From the NCBI GenBank assembly GCA_964469525.1, contig CAYXYU010000002.1, forward strand, positions 218,687-282,686: DNA of 64,000 bases, in the 5' to 3' direction. This DNA is from an uncultured Rickettsiales bacterium (GTDB lineage Bacteria > Pseudomonadota > Alphaproteobacteria > Rickettsiales > SXRF01). Position 1 is the first letter of the stretch, and every line of letters begins with the position of its first letter. Of this stretch, positions 44,670 through 54,820 are shown piece after piece. A program made the position numbers and the translations under genes. The notes under the pieces were generated by a model. It had not been told where the DNA came from. It searched no databases and saw nothing but the letters and a program-made list of their open reading frames with translations.

Positions 44670-45107
44670 GTGCGGGACGTCCTGGTCTTTGATCTCGACG
44701 GAACCATCGCCGACATCGAGCACCGGCAGCATCTGGTGTGCGGCAGGAAGAAAAAATGGCGTGCCTTTTTCGCCGCCTGCATCGACGACAAGCCGCATGA
44801 AGCGGTTATCGTCATCCTGCGGACATTATACCCGTTGTTTCACATCTATATCGTTTCTGGGCGCAGCGATGAGGTGCGCGCGCAGACGGAGGGCTGGCTG
44901 GCGCTGAACCAAGTGCCGTACCATCACCTTATTATGCGCCCGGAAGGGGATTATACACCCGACCATGTGCTGAAAATCGGATGGGTGAATGAGGGACGCA
45001 TTCCGAAGGAACGGATTCTCTGCGTGTTCGATGACCGCAATAAGGTGGTCAAGATGTGGCGGGATGCCGGTATTACCTGTTTCCAGGTGGCGGAAGGCGA
45101 TTTTTAG
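44670..45107 (+). CDS. HAD-superfamily phosphatase (polynucleotide-kinase 3'-phosphatase-like)
   Basis: It has the VLVFDLDGTIAD motif I, IVSGRS, and VFDDRNKVVKMWRDAG. Confidence 0.6.
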   Translation: MRDVLVFDLDGTIADIEHRQHLVCGRKKKWRAFFAACIDDKPHEAVIVILRTLYPLFHIYIVSGRSDEVRAQTEGWLALNQVPYHHLIMRPEGDYTPDHVLKIGWVNEGRIPKERILCVFDDRNKVVKMWRDAGITCFQVAEGDF

Positions 45108-45110
45108 ACA

Positions 45111-46034
45111 CTAGCCCCAAGGGCTGCGCTTGCGGCTAAACTCGAAGGAGCGGTGCGGCGTCGGTTTTTCTGCTTCGACTTCTATCATGGATGAATGACT
45201 GCCCTTGACGATGGCGATGCGCTCGAGCGCGCTGATACGATTCTCGGTATTCGGATGGGTGGCGAACAGATTATCCATGCCGCCGCGTTTCAGCGGGTTC
45301 ACGATGAAGAGATGCGCCGTCGCCGGATTATTCTCTGCCGCCACGTTGACGATGCGGCTGGCGGACTGGCTGATCTTGCGCAGGGCAGAGGCGAGGGCGA
45401 GCGGATCGTCGCTGATCTCAGCTCCTGCCTCGTCGGCGCCGTATTCGCGGGTGCGTGAGATGGCCAGCTGCACCAGCGACGCTGCAATGGGGGCCAGAAT
45501 CACCAGCACCAGTGCCAGCAGCGGGTTGTTGCGCCCATTCTGGCGCCCGCCAAAAAAGAGCAGGAAATTGGCCAGCATGCCGATGGCGCCGGCGATGGTT
45601 GCCGTCACCGTCATGGTCAGCGTGTCGTAGTTGCGGATATGGCCCATCTCATGGGCGAGCACGGCCGCAAGTTCACGCTGGTTCAGTATATTCAGCAGGC
45701 CGGTCGTGACCGCTACCGCCCCGTGCGCCGGGTTGCGTCCGGTTGCAAAGGCGTTGGGTTGCTGTACGTCGATGATATAGGCCTTGGGCACCGGGATACC
45801 CGCCCGGATGGCCAGTCGCTGAATCAGCTCCGCCAACTCCGGGTGCTGGTCGGAATCGAGCGGGCGTGCGTGGTGCATAGCCAGCACGATCTTGTCGGAG
45901 TTCCAGTATGCGAAGAAATTCATTGCCAGCGCGATGAGGAAAGCAACTACCATGCCTCCTTCGCCACCCACCGCATAACCGACAGCGAGGAAAAGGGCGG
46001 TGATGGCCGCCAGTAAAAGACCGGTTTTAAGCAT
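45111..46034 (-). CDS. htpX: Zinc metalloprotease HtpX (M48)
   Basis: It has TM segments, [14 protein letters not shown] (HExxH) and EYGADEAGA. Confidence 0.88.
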   Translation of the reverse strand: MLKTGLLLAAITALFLAVGYAVGGEGGMVVAFLIALAMNFFAYWNSDKIVLAMHHARPLDSDQHPELAELIQRLAIRAGIPVPKAYIIDVQQPNAFATGRNPAHGAVAVTTGLLNILNQRELAAVLAHEMGHIRNYDTLTMTVTATIAGAIGMLANFLLFFGGRQNGRNNPLLALVLVILAPIAASLVQLAISRTREYGADEAGAEISDDPLALASALRKISQSASRIVNVAAENNPATAHLFIVNPLKRGGMDNLFATHPNTENRISALERIAIVKGSHSSMIEVEAEKPTPHRSFEFSRKRSPWG

Positions 46035-46077
46035 GTCTGTACCTATGGGTTATAAATGCGCTCTTTGCGATAGAAAT

Positions 46078-46722
46078 TCAAGAGGTGGTGGCGTTCAGGT
46101 AATACAGGCGCAGATACTGAGAGATCCCCTCGGCGATGACTTCGACCCCTCGTGCATTCGGATGCACCCCGTCGCGCAGCATCAGGTCGGCATATCCGTA
46201 GACCCCTTGCAGCAAGAAGTGATAAAGAGCAATATTATATTTTTTGGCAAGGTCTGGATAGATCTGGTTGAACTCGGCCTGGTAGGCAGCGCCGAGATTA
46301 TCCGGCGCCACCACGGCAGAAAGGATTACGCGGCGTTTCGGATTGCTGGTTAGTTCCTGAAGCATGGCATCCAAGTTGCTTCGCGCCGTAGCGGGTGGCA
46401 GGCCGCGCAGCATATCGTTGGCACCGAGCGCCAGCAGGACAATATCCGGATCGTGTTTCTTCAACGTCCAGGTCAGGCGGTTGCGGCCGGCGGCGGTGGT
46501 ATCGCCCGACACACCCCCATTGATTACCTTCGCTTTGACCCCATTTCTATGTAGACTGGCTTCGAGCTTTTTGGCCAGCGCGTCGTCCTTCTTCAGCCCG
46601 TAGCCGGCGACGATGCTGTCGCCGAACAGCAGGACGGTGGGAATTTCCGCCGCTGTTGCCGTTAATGGAAAAATGAAACTAAATAATACAATAGCATAGA
46701 GAAAGAAACGCATGGCTGCCAT
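46078..46722 (-). CDS. tesA: SGNH/GDSL arylesterase-thioesterase I
   Basis: LLFGDSIVAGYG, GVSGDTT, LGANDMLRG and DGVHPN are collinear with E. coli TesA. It lies divergent to a ybbA/ybbP-like pair. The start may instead be MRFFL at 46713. Confidence 0.8.
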   Translation of the reverse strand: MAAMRFFLYAIVLFSFIFPLTATAAEIPTVLLFGDSIVAGYGLKKDDALAKKLEASLHRNGVKAKVINGGVSGDTTAAGRNRLTWTLKKHDPDIVLLALGANDMLRGLPPATARSNLDAMLQELTSNPKRRVILSAVVAPDNLGAAYQAEFNQIYPDLAKKYNIALYHFLLQGVYGYADLMLRDGVHPNARGVEVIAEGISQYLRLYYLNATTS

Positions 46723-47377
46723 TATCTCGCTTCACAAGGTTTCGCTGACGCTCTCCGGCCCAGAAAAGCCGGTGCCTATTTTACACAATATCGACCTCGA
46801 AGTACAGGCGGGCGAGACGGTGAGCGTGATGGGACCGTCCGGCTCCGGTAAAACGTCGCTGCTGATGGTGATCGCCGGCGTCGAGCAGGTGACCTCCGGA
46901 CGCGTTGAGGTCTGCGGGTGCGACATCACCGGCCTCGACGAGGACCGGCTGGCGGAGTTCCGCCGGCATCATATAGGGGTGGTATTCCAGAATTTTCACC
47001 TCATCCCGACCATGACGGCGTTAGAAAACGTCGCACTGGCGCTGGAATTGGCGGGCGATGCTGATGCGCAAGTGAGGGCAGGGGAGGCGCTGGATCGCGT
47101 TGGGTTGTCGCAGCGGCTGCATCATTACCCGGCACAGCTTTCCGGCGGCGAGCAACAGCGGGTGGCACTGGCACGCGCATTTGTGACGAAACCAAAGCTC
47201 CTGCTGGCCGACGAACCGACCGGCAATCTGGACAGCCATACCGGTCAGCGCGTCATCGAGCTGTTGTTCGAGATGAAGGAGCAAAGCGGAACAACACTTC
47301 TGCTCATCACGCATGACGCGGAGCTCGCACGCCGCGCCGGCCGGATTCTGCACATGCAGGACGGTGTGTTGGCATGA
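46712..47377 (+). CDS. ybbA: ABC transporter ATP-binding protein (YbbA-like)
   Basis: It has Walker [24 protein letters not shown] and [12 protein letters not shown]. The tesA-ybbA-ybbP arrangement matches E. coli. Confidence 0.8.
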   Translation: MAAIISLHKVSLTLSGPEKPVPILHNIDLEVQAGETVSVMGPSGSGKTSLLMVIAGVEQVTSGRVEVCGCDITGLDEDRLAEFRRHHIGVVFQNFHLIPTMTALENVALALELAGDADAQVRAGEALDRVGLSQRLHHYPAQLSGGEQQRVALARAFVTKPKLLLADEPTGNLDSHTGQRVIELLFEMKEQSGTTLLLITHDAELARRAGRILHMQDGVLA

Positions 47378-49869
47378 GAGGGCCGCTTTCCTTCCGCCTG
47401 GCCTGGCAGGAGCTGCATCACGGCTGGCGGCATTTCGCCGTGTTCCTAGTCTGTCTGGCGCTCGGCGTCGCCGTGATGGCGAGCGTCGGCATGCTTGGCG
47501 GTACATTGCGCGAGGCGCTCGACCGCGAGGCGCAGAGCCTGCTCGGCGGCGACATCGAGGTGACGGTGAGCGGCGGCGAGGCAGGCGCAGAGCAGCTGGA
47601 TTACCTGCGCGGGTTCGGGCGGCTGTCGCAGGTGGCGACGCTGCGCTCGATGCTGCTGCATGAAGGCGCGCCGACGCTGGTCGAGCTCAAGGCGGTCGAT
47701 GCCGCTTATCCGTTGCTTGGCGAAATTGAATTGAACGAACCCTTGACGCTGGAGAATGCGCTGTCCGCGGACGGTATCGTTGTCGATCCGAGCCTGCTTA
47801 CCCAACTGGGGCTCGCAGTCGGCGACCGGGTGACGCTGGGCGGCGGGAGCTATATCATCCGCGCCACGCTGAAGCGCGAACCGGACCGGGCCGTGCATCT
47901 GTTCAGCTTCGGGCCGCGCGTGATGCTGCGGCTGGAAGCGCTGCAGGCCTCGGGCCTTGCGGCGGGGCAGAGCCTGATCAAGCATCACTACCGCCTGGCG
48001 CTGTATGAGCCGGCGCGCCGCGAGGCGATTGCCGAAGCCATCCGCGAACGGTATCAACACCTGTCATGGCAGGTCAAGACCGGCACTGACGGCAACCGCA
48101 CGCTGAAACGTTTCATGGAACAGCTGATTACCTTCCTGACACTGTGTGGGCTGGCGACGTTCCTGATCAGCGGCATTGGCATTAGCAGCAGTGTGCGAGC
48201 CTATCTCGGCCGCAAGACCGAAGCCATCGCCGTCGTGAAGGTGCTGGGCGCGACGCGTCGCACCATCCTTGGCACTTATGCGCTGACACTGGCATTTCTC
48301 ACTGCTTTGGGGTGTTTTGCGGGAACAGTGCTTGCGGCGCTGCTGGTCGCCTTGCTGCTGCCAGTGCTGGCCGGCTGGCTGCCGGTGCTGGAGCAGGCGG
48401 AAGTGAGCAAGAGTCCCGCGCTGTTGGCTGGCTGGTACGGTTATGTTATCGTCTATCTATTTTCCCTGCCTGCCCTGGCGGGTGCGCTGGGTATCCGGTC
48501 GGCGCTGCTGTTCCGAAGCCGCGCCGCGCCATTCCGGCTGCGCTTTGACCGAAACGTATGGCTGGCTGAATTATTGCTGACAGGGGTGCTGATTGGGAGC
48601 CTGTTACTGACGGCTGGGGACCGCGTGCTGATCCTGGGCGCCATCGGCGTCACTTTCCTAGCGCTGGCAGTGTTCGGTAGCGCGACGCTGCTGGTGCGTT
48701 TTGCTGCGCGGCGGCTGGAGGTTACGAGGCCGTGGCTGCGGCTGGCCATGGCCAACCTGTATCGTCCCGGCTCGACTTCCGGCACGGTGATCTTCGCCAT
48801 GGGCATCAGCCTAAGCGTGCTGATCGCCCTGGCGCTGACCGAGGCGAATTTCCAGAAGCGCATCGCCACCATCGCCGAGGAGAAAGCCCCGTCGCTGTTC
48901 CTGATCGACATCCAGCCGCACCAGCGCGAGGAGTTGCGTACTGAGCTGGTGCGGGCGGCGGGCGAGGAGCATGTGATGATGTACCCGATGGTGCGCGGCC
49001 GCATCGTGGCGATTGACGGCCGACCGGTCGATGAAAGCCAGGTCGACGAGGAAGTGCGCTGGGCAGTGCGCGGCGACCGCGGCATCAGCTACAGTGCGCC
49101 GCCGCCGGAGAATGCGCGCATCAGCAACGGCGCATGGTGGCCGGCCGATTATGCCGGGCCGCCGCTGATGTCGGTCGATGAGCGCTTCCTGGAGGGGATG
49201 GGGTTGGCGCTGGGTGATACCATTACACTCGATATCCTCGGTGAAACCATCGAAGCGAAGATCGTCAACACGCGGCATATCGACTACACCTCGTTCCAGA
49301 TCAATTTTGCCATGATGCTGTCGCCGGGCATGATCAATGATTTCCCGCACTCCTATGTTGCGACAGTACACCTGGACGGCGGCGAAGAGACGCTGACCCG
49401 TCATATCGCGGCGCAGTTCCCCGGCGTCACCATCATCCGTACGACCGAGGCGGTGGCGCTGGTGCAGGGCATCGTGGAGGACGTGTCGCTGGCGCTGCGC
49501 GTGGCGGTGCTAATCAGCCTGGTCGCCGGATTGTTGGTGCTCTCGAGCGCGCTCGGCGCCATGCTCGAGCAGCGGCTCTATGACGTGTCAGTGCTGAAGG
49601 TGCTGGGCGCCCGGCGTAGCGACGTGCTGAAAATCTGTGCTGCCGAATGGACAGTGCTGGCATGTCTGACCGCGCTGGTTGCCGGGCTGCTCGGCACACT
49701 CACCGCCTGGCTCATCATGCAACGCTTTCGCGGCGAAGGCTTCTTCCTGTTGCCGCAGGTGACACTGACGACGCTCGGTTTCTGCCTGCTCGTTATCTGG
49801 GCCATCGGTTATCTCGGCAATCGGCAGCTGTTCAGCCTGCGTCCGGCACGGCTTCTACGCAATGAGTAA
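47374..49869 (+). CDS. ybbP: FtsX-family ABC permease (YbbP-like, duplicated FtsX domains)
   Basis: It is 831 aa with about 10 TM segments and two FtsX-like modules. Its start overlaps the ATPase stop. Confidence 0.75.
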   Translation: MRGPLSFRLAWQELHHGWRHFAVFLVCLALGVAVMASVGMLGGTLREALDREAQSLLGGDIEVTVSGGEAGAEQLDYLRGFGRLSQVATLRSMLLHEGAPTLVELKAVDAAYPLLGEIELNEPLTLENALSADGIVVDPSLLTQLGLAVGDRVTLGGGSYIIRATLKREPDRAVHLFSFGPRVMLRLEALQASGLAAGQSLIKHHYRLALYEPARREAIAEAIRERYQHLSWQVKTGTDGNRTLKRFMEQLITFLTLCGLATFLISGIGISSSVRAYLGRKTEAIAVVKVLGATRRTILGTYALTLAFLTALGCFAGTVLAALLVALLLPVLAGWLPVLEQAEVSKSPALLAGWYGYVIVYLFSLPALAGALGIRSALLFRSRAAPFRLRFDRNVWLAELLLTGVLIGSLLLTAGDRVLILGAIGVTFLALAVFGSATLLVRFAARRLEVTRPWLRLAMANLYRPGSTSGTVIFAMGISLSVLIALALTEANFQKRIATIAEEKAPSLFLIDIQPHQREELRTELVRAAGEEHVMMYPMVRGRIVAIDGRPVDESQVDEEVRWAVRGDRGISYSAPPPENARISNGAWWPADYAGPPLMSVDERFLEGMGLALGDTITLDILGETIEAKIVNTRHIDYTSFQINFAMMLSPGMINDFPHSYVATVHLDGGEETLTRHIAAQFPGVTIIRTTEAVALVQGIVEDVSLALRVAVLISLVAGLLVLSSALGAMLEQRLYDVSVLKVLGARRSDVLKICAAEWTVLACLTALVAGLLGTLTAWLIMQRFRGEGFFLLPQVTLTTLGFCLLVIWAIGYLGNRQLFSLRPARLLRNE

Positions 49870-51459
49870 TTACGCCGCTCGCAACAGGACGTAGCCGTCC
49901 TTTTCCTTCTGCAGTCGCAGGTTGGTTGCGCGCTCGGTGATGGCCTTGAGCTTGCTGATCTCAGCCGGCTTGTTCATGTAGCCGGCCACTCCCATGGCCT
50001 TCGCCCGCTCCATGTCCTTGTCGTAGGTCGAGGTAGAGCACAGCACCACGGGAATCTTCTTCAGCCGGTCTTCCGTCCGCAGCTGGTCCAGCAGCTCGAA
50101 CCCGTCCATGCCCGGCATGTTGATGTCGAGCAGGATCAGGTCAATAGCACCATTCTTCCTGGTTTCGGCGCGCAGCATGGTGATGGCCTCGTAGGCGTCG
50201 TGCGCCACCAGGAAATTGCACTGAAGGTGAGGTTGCTCAATCAGCAATATACGCGTCAGTTCGATATCGGCTTCGTTATCCTCCACCAGCAGGATGCTGG
50301 CCAGCCTGCGGTCGTCCTTGCGGTCGGTTTGTCCGAACAGGACGCTAAGCGACTGCGGTTCCTTCACATCCTCCGGTGACATTTTCGGAAGGGTGAACAT
50401 GAATATCGCGCCACCATGTGCATTCGTCTCGTACCAGATTTTTCCGCCGTAGGATTCCACGATCTTCTTGCAGATAGCCAGTCCCAGGCCGAGGCCCTGA
50501 TCCTTGGAATGCATACCGCGCCGGAAAGGTTGGAACAGCTTGTCGCGGTACCGTTCCTCGATCCCCGGACCATTGTCGCTGACGCAGATTAGCCACTCCC
50601 TGTCCATTTCGTTAGCGCTGACATGGATTTGCGGGCGTTCGTCGCCGTGGCGGATGGCGTTGGCAAGGAGGTTCTGTAATATCTGCAGTAGCTGCATGTG
50701 ATTGACGGAGACTGTCGGAAGAGGGCCGCTGGTAATGATGGCGCCGCGTTCCGTGATCAGTTGGCCGATATTCTCCCTGGCTTCTTCCAGCACGGTCCCT
50801 ACGTCGCAGGTTTCCATTGCCGCCGACGGCGGGACGCTTTCCAGCCGGGTGTAGAAATAGACCGTGTCGATCAGCGTGCTCATGCGGTCGGCGGCCTTGC
50901 GGATGAAGTTGAAATATCCCTGCCCCTTTTCCGAGAAGGTCTCACGCTTGCCCAGCAGGTCGAGGAAAGATTGTATGGTGCGCACCGGCTCCTTCAGATC
51001 ATGCGCCAGCGCGCGGGTGAATATTTCGAGAGAGGTGCGCTGGTCATGGATGCGCTTTTGTAAAGCACAGTGCTCGACGGCGACGCGGATGACCTGCTCG
51101 ATAGACTGCGGCGTAATGCTTGATTTGGTGATATAATTCTGCGCTCCCTCCTGCATGGCGGTAACGGCGATCTGCTCATTGCCCTGGCCGGTCAGCATGA
51201 CCACCGGTACGAAAGGATGCTTGACGCGGATGCGCTTGAGCACCTCGATGCCGTTGCGGCCGGGCAGGGAGTAATCGAGCAGGATGCAGCCGGGGGAATG
51301 TTTGCCCATCATTGCCAGTGCGGTGTCGCCATCCTCGGCTTCGGCTACGTCATAGGTGGTGCTGGCGCTGTCTTTCAGGGCTCGGCGGTACAGCAGGCGG
51401 TCGTCTTCGCTGTCGTCGACGACCAGAACGGAAAGCGTCTCAGTCATTGCCTTCTCCAT
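49870..51459 (-). CDS. Hybrid histidine kinase: receiver - HisKA - HATPase - receiver
   Basis: The domains are marked by VLVVDDSEDD...LLDYSLPGRNG, the H-box LAHDLKEPVRTI, DNGPGI/GLGLGLAICKKIV and the C-terminal receiver ILLVEDNEAD...LLDINMPGMDG. Confidence 0.85.
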   Translation of the reverse strand: MEKAMTETLSVLVVDDSEDDRLLYRRALKDSASTTYDVAEAEDGDTALAMMGKHSPGCILLDYSLPGRNGIEVLKRIRVKHPFVPVVMLTGQGNEQIAVTAMQEGAQNYITKSSITPQSIEQVIRVAVEHCALQKRIHDQRTSLEIFTRALAHDLKEPVRTIQSFLDLLGKRETFSEKGQGYFNFIRKAADRMSTLIDTVYFYTRLESVPPSAAMETCDVGTVLEEARENIGQLITERGAIITSGPLPTVSVNHMQLLQILQNLLANAIRHGDERPQIHVSANEMDREWLICVSDNGPGIEERYRDKLFQPFRRGMHSKDQGLGLGLAICKKIVESYGGKIWYETNAHGGAIFMFTLPKMSPEDVKEPQSLSVLFGQTDRKDDRRLASILLVEDNEADIELTRILLIEQPHLQCNFLVAHDAYEAITMLRAETRKNGAIDLILLDINMPGMDGFELLDQLRTEDRLKKIPVVLCSTSTYDKDMERAKAMGVAGYMNKPAEISKLKAITERATNLRLQKEKDGYVLLRAA

Positions 51460-51886
51460 CCTTGGGCAGCAGCGCGATCTCGAACCAGTATCCTTTCAAG
51501 CGTTTCATTGCCTCGATCAGCCCGTCGAAATCCACCGGCTTCTGGATGTAGGTGTTGGCGCCGAGGTCGTAGCAGGTCTGGACATCGCGTTCGTCGTCGG
51601 AAGTGGTCAGGATAACGACCGGGATGGATTTCAGCTTTTCATTGCATTTGATAATCTGCAGTGTCTTGCGGCCGTCGATACCCGGCATGTTCAGGTCGAG
51701 CAGGATCAGGCCCGGCTTCTCGCCCTGCGACTGCAGCATTTCCAGAGCGTTTTCTCCCGAAACGGCGCGTCTGATGGGATTATGAAGATTGGCCTTGGTG
51801 AAGGCGCGCTGCGTGGCGTAATAGTCGTCCTCGCTGTCTTCCACGATAAGGATGAACTGTGCTTCATTCATTCTGGGCATGCTCAT
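51440..51886 (-). CDS. Single-domain response regulator (Rcp1/CheY-like)
   Basis: FILIVEDSEDDYY...LILLDLNMPGIDGRKTLQIIK...IPVVILTTS identifies it. I chose the start ATG 51886, preceded by GGAGGGG. Alternatives are 51880, 51871 and the track start at 51955. Confidence 0.8.
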   Translation of the reverse strand: MSMPRMNEAQFILIVEDSEDDYYATQRAFTKANLHNPIRRAVSGENALEMLQSQGEKPGLILLDLNMPGIDGRKTLQIIKCNEKLKSIPVVILTTSDDERDVQTCYDLGANTYIQKPVDFDGLIEAMKRLKGYWFEIALLPKDGEGND

Positions 51887-54227
51887 AATGTGTCCCCTCC
51901 AGTGTAAAATAGAAAGTAGTTCCTTCTCCCAATTCCGACTCCAGCCAGATAACACCGTTATGCCGCTCCACGATCTTCTTAACGAAGGTTAGCCCGACGC
52001 CGGTGCCTTCTTCGCCTTCCTTGCTCGCCTGCAGGCGCTTGAAGATTCTGAATATTTCCTCATGGAATTCCGGTGCGATGCCTTTGCCGTTATCGCGCAC
52101 GTAGAATACATTCCTGAATTTTCCTTTCGGTCCGGTATGGGAGGAGAGGAAGCCTATCTCCACGCTTTTTTCCGGTTTATCATTATATTTTACGGCATTG
52201 GTGATCAGGTTGCGGAACAGTTCGGTAACGCGCGTGCGGTCGCAAGTGATGTCGGGCAGTTTCCCGGCCACGGTCAGCTTTGCTTTGCGCTCCGTCAGGA
52301 ATAGCTCCAGCGTTTTGGTAATATCCTGAATCACCTCCTGGATATTTGTAGGCTGGAAGGCCAGTTCCTGCCGGCCAAGGCGGGAGAAATACAGCAGGTC
52401 GTTGACCAGCCGCTCCATGCGCTGGCTTAAGTAGACCAGCCGCTTCAGCTTATCGACGCTGTCCTTGTCCAGCTTGTCCTGGTTGTCCTCGAGCAGGAAG
52501 CGGGAATGGTTGTGGATGCCGCGCAGCGGTTCCTTCAGGTCATGCGAGGCGATATAGGCGAAATCGTCCAGCTCCCTGTTACTGCGCTCGAGCGCCTCCG
52601 TGTAGTCGAGCAATGCGGCCTCGGCTTCCTTGCGGTCGGTAATGTCGTGGATGATGCCGGAGAAATGCCGGCCGTCCTCGATCTGGAATTCGCAGACCGA
52701 GAGCTCGATGGGGAAAACGCTTCCGTCCTTGCGCTGCGCGCTGACTTCGCGGCCCGCCGTGCCGATGATTCTGGCTTCCCCGGTGGTAACGTATCGCGAG
52801 ACATATCCGTCATGTTCGCTATGATAGGGCTCTGGCATTAATATCTTCACGTTGCGGCCGATAACTTCCGGCGCCTTATAGCCGAACAGGCGCTCACAGG
52901 CAGGATTGAAGCTTTCGATGATGCCGCGTTCATTGATGGTGATGATGCCGTTGAGCGCATTATCCACCACCGCGCGCAGGCGGTTCTCGCTCGCGGCGAT
53001 CTGCGCTCTGGCCTGGCTAACGCGCTCCATATTCTCTTGTAAAGCGGCCAGTACCCGCTCCAGCTTGCCGATCTCATCTTGCCGTTCGGCGATGGCCGGC
53101 TGTAGGGGAACCGGTTTACCGGCACTGGTATCGAGCAGTGCCTCCACCATAGTGTTAATAGGATGAATGACCCGGCGGACGATGATCCAGAAACTATAGC
53201 CGCACAATGTGAGAGCGAACAGCAACAGCAAGGCCTGGGCGGCGATGGTCTGACGAACCCCCGCTCGCAGCTGATTCAGATAGCGCTGCGTCTCTTCAAG
53301 AGCCGCCTGTTTAAGGGCATCGAGCGATTCGGCGGCCTGATCGGCAAGCTCGAGCCACATATCCACCCCGATGGGGTAGGGCTCGCCCTGCCTGACGCCC
53401 GGTACGTAAAAAACATTGTGCAGCATGTCGTGGAGCGTCTGGTAATGGCTCAATGCATCCTGGTACTGGGGGGCGATAAGAGGATAGAGCCCACTCTGGT
53501 CGGCCAGCACGCGGCTTGCTTCCCACCCCAGTTCGATGACTCCCTGTCCGCGCAGAAGCGCTATCGATTCCTGGGGCGTCGGGTCGATGTTTCGGACCAG
53601 TAATCGGCTGATAATGGCACGTTCCCTTCCGTTATACTCGGTGATGATGCGCAAGAAGTGTTTGAACCGCAGATGCTGGGTGACGATCGGATCAAGATTG
53701 GTGAAATGGTAGATAAAGCCGAGCCACTCATCCTGCGTTTGGCGGATAATGGCCGTTATCTCATCATGCCAGCGGATGATCAGGCGGCTGTCCCGCTGTG
53801 CGAATGGAAGCGTCAGGTCTTCGTCGATCTGCGAGCGCAGGGATCTAACGTTGGCGAAATGCTCTTCGAAATCCCACTGCGGGCCTTCGGCTCCCAATGC
53901 GCGATGCCACTGAAATGCTTGTGAGGTAGCATGCAGGGCGCTGTCCGTTTGCCGGCGATTCTCCTCAAGCCGAGAGCGCAGCATCTTCAGCGTGTCGGAG
54001 TCCGTGGTGCGCAGCAGGGCGGTAGCGATGTCGCGCTCCAGCGAGAGCTGTTCGATGGCGGCGAACAGGACGTCGCCAAGGTGGGAGGCCTCCCGCAGCG
54101 ATTCTATCCTGGACAGGCGCTGCCCCTCCACCACCACGCCGCGCCCCGCCAGTAGTATGATCAGCAGCGTCAGACAACCAAACAGCAGCAGCAGAATATC
54201 CCGGATAGAGAGATTGCGTAACGTCAT
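51864..54227 (-). CDS. Sensor histidine kinase: TM - periplasmic/NIT-like sensor - TM - HAMP - PAS - HisKA - HATPase
   Basis: The ERDIATALL-type segment suggests a NIT domain (tentative). The PAS segment is GIITINERGIIESFNPACERLFGY, the H-box is ASHDLKEPLRGI and the G-boxes are DNGKGI/GTGVGL. Confidence 0.8.
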   Translation of the reverse strand: MTLRNLSIRDILLLLFGCLTLLIILLAGRGVVVEGQRLSRIESLREASHLGDVLFAAIEQLSLERDIATALLRTTDSDTLKMLRSRLEENRRQTDSALHATSQAFQWHRALGAEGPQWDFEEHFANVRSLRSQIDEDLTLPFAQRDSRLIIRWHDEITAIIRQTQDEWLGFIYHFTNLDPIVTQHLRFKHFLRIITEYNGRERAIISRLLVRNIDPTPQESIALLRGQGVIELGWEASRVLADQSGLYPLIAPQYQDALSHYQTLHDMLHNVFYVPGVRQGEPYPIGVDMWLELADQAAESLDALKQAALEETQRYLNQLRAGVRQTIAAQALLLLFALTLCGYSFWIIVRRVIHPINTMVEALLDTSAGKPVPLQPAIAERQDEIGKLERVLAALQENMERVSQARAQIAASENRLRAVVDNALNGIITINERGIIESFNPACERLFGYKAPEVIGRNVKILMPEPYHSEHDGYVSRYVTTGEARIIGTAGREVSAQRKDGSVFPIELSVCEFQIEDGRHFSGIIHDITDRKEAEAALLDYTEALERSNRELDDFAYIASHDLKEPLRGIHNHSRFLLEDNQDKLDKDSVDKLKRLVYLSQRMERLVNDLLYFSRLGRQELAFQPTNIQEVIQDITKTLELFLTERKAKLTVAGKLPDITCDRTRVTELFRNLITNAVKYNDKPEKSVEIGFLSSHTGPKGKFRNVFYVRDNGKGIAPEFHEEIFRIFKRLQASKEGEEGTGVGLTFVKKIVERHNGVIWLESELGEGTTFYFTLEGTHYEHAQNE

Positions 54228-54820
54228 GGCTTTCTCCCTGGAGGAGAGTCCATCACCGTCACCAGCCGAAGCATCCGGTCTTCGACATTGAGCCCGGCCG
54301 CGCGCAAGACACTGAGATTAAGAACGGCGCTGATGCGGTTGTCCCGACGTTCGAATTCGATCATGCCGCCGCTATCGGCGAACTTAAAGAAATCGCTGAC
54401 AGTGAGAATGTTTCGGTTGGAGAGAACGCGGCGCAGTTGCGGCCATCGCTGCTTTTCTCCGGCGCTGACGTACAATAGGTGGCAACCCTCCACCTCATCG
54501 ACGTCGCGCAGCTGACGCAGGTCAATCGGACGTTGGTGGACGGTGCGGCCTTCCATGGGGCGGAGCTTGCCGCCAAAGGGATCATCGCCAAACACACATA
54601 CCGTGATGGAAGGCGTATTAGCAAAACTGGATTCGGGCCACTGGGTGTATTTGAGGAAATTGTAAAGTAGTCCGGCCTTGATCTCCTGCTCCCCGAGCCG
54701 CAGCCCGTCGGCGGCGAGCGCCGTCCACGGCGACAGGGAGAAGAGGAGCACCAGCGCCGCCAGCAGACATTTTCTTTTTCCCCTGAGGGAAGGAAATCTG
54801 CCGACCGTTAGAACATCCAT
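54224..54820 (-). CDS. YfiR-like periplasmic protein (DUF4154)
   Basis: It has a signal peptide and EIKAGLLYNFLKYTQWP. It is coupled to both the receptor and the kinase by overlapping ends. Confidence 0.7.
   Translation of the reverse strand: MDVLTVGRFPSLRGKRKCLLAALVLLFSLSPWTALAADGLRLGEQEIKAGLLYNFLKYTQWPESSFANTPSITVCVFGDDPFGGKLRPMEGRTVHQRPIDLRQLRDVDEVEGCHLLYVSAGEKQRWPQLRRVLSNRNILTVSDFFKFADSGGMIEFERRDNRISAVLNLSVLRAAGLNVEDRMLRLVTVMDSPPGRKP

Noticed and set aside
44277-44692. Four alternative ORFs on both strands overlapping the basic-protein gene
   Set aside because: Compositional bias keeps several frames open. I kept only 44302..44655, which has an upstream terminator/promoter gap and a downstream partner. 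Even that call is given only moderate confidence.
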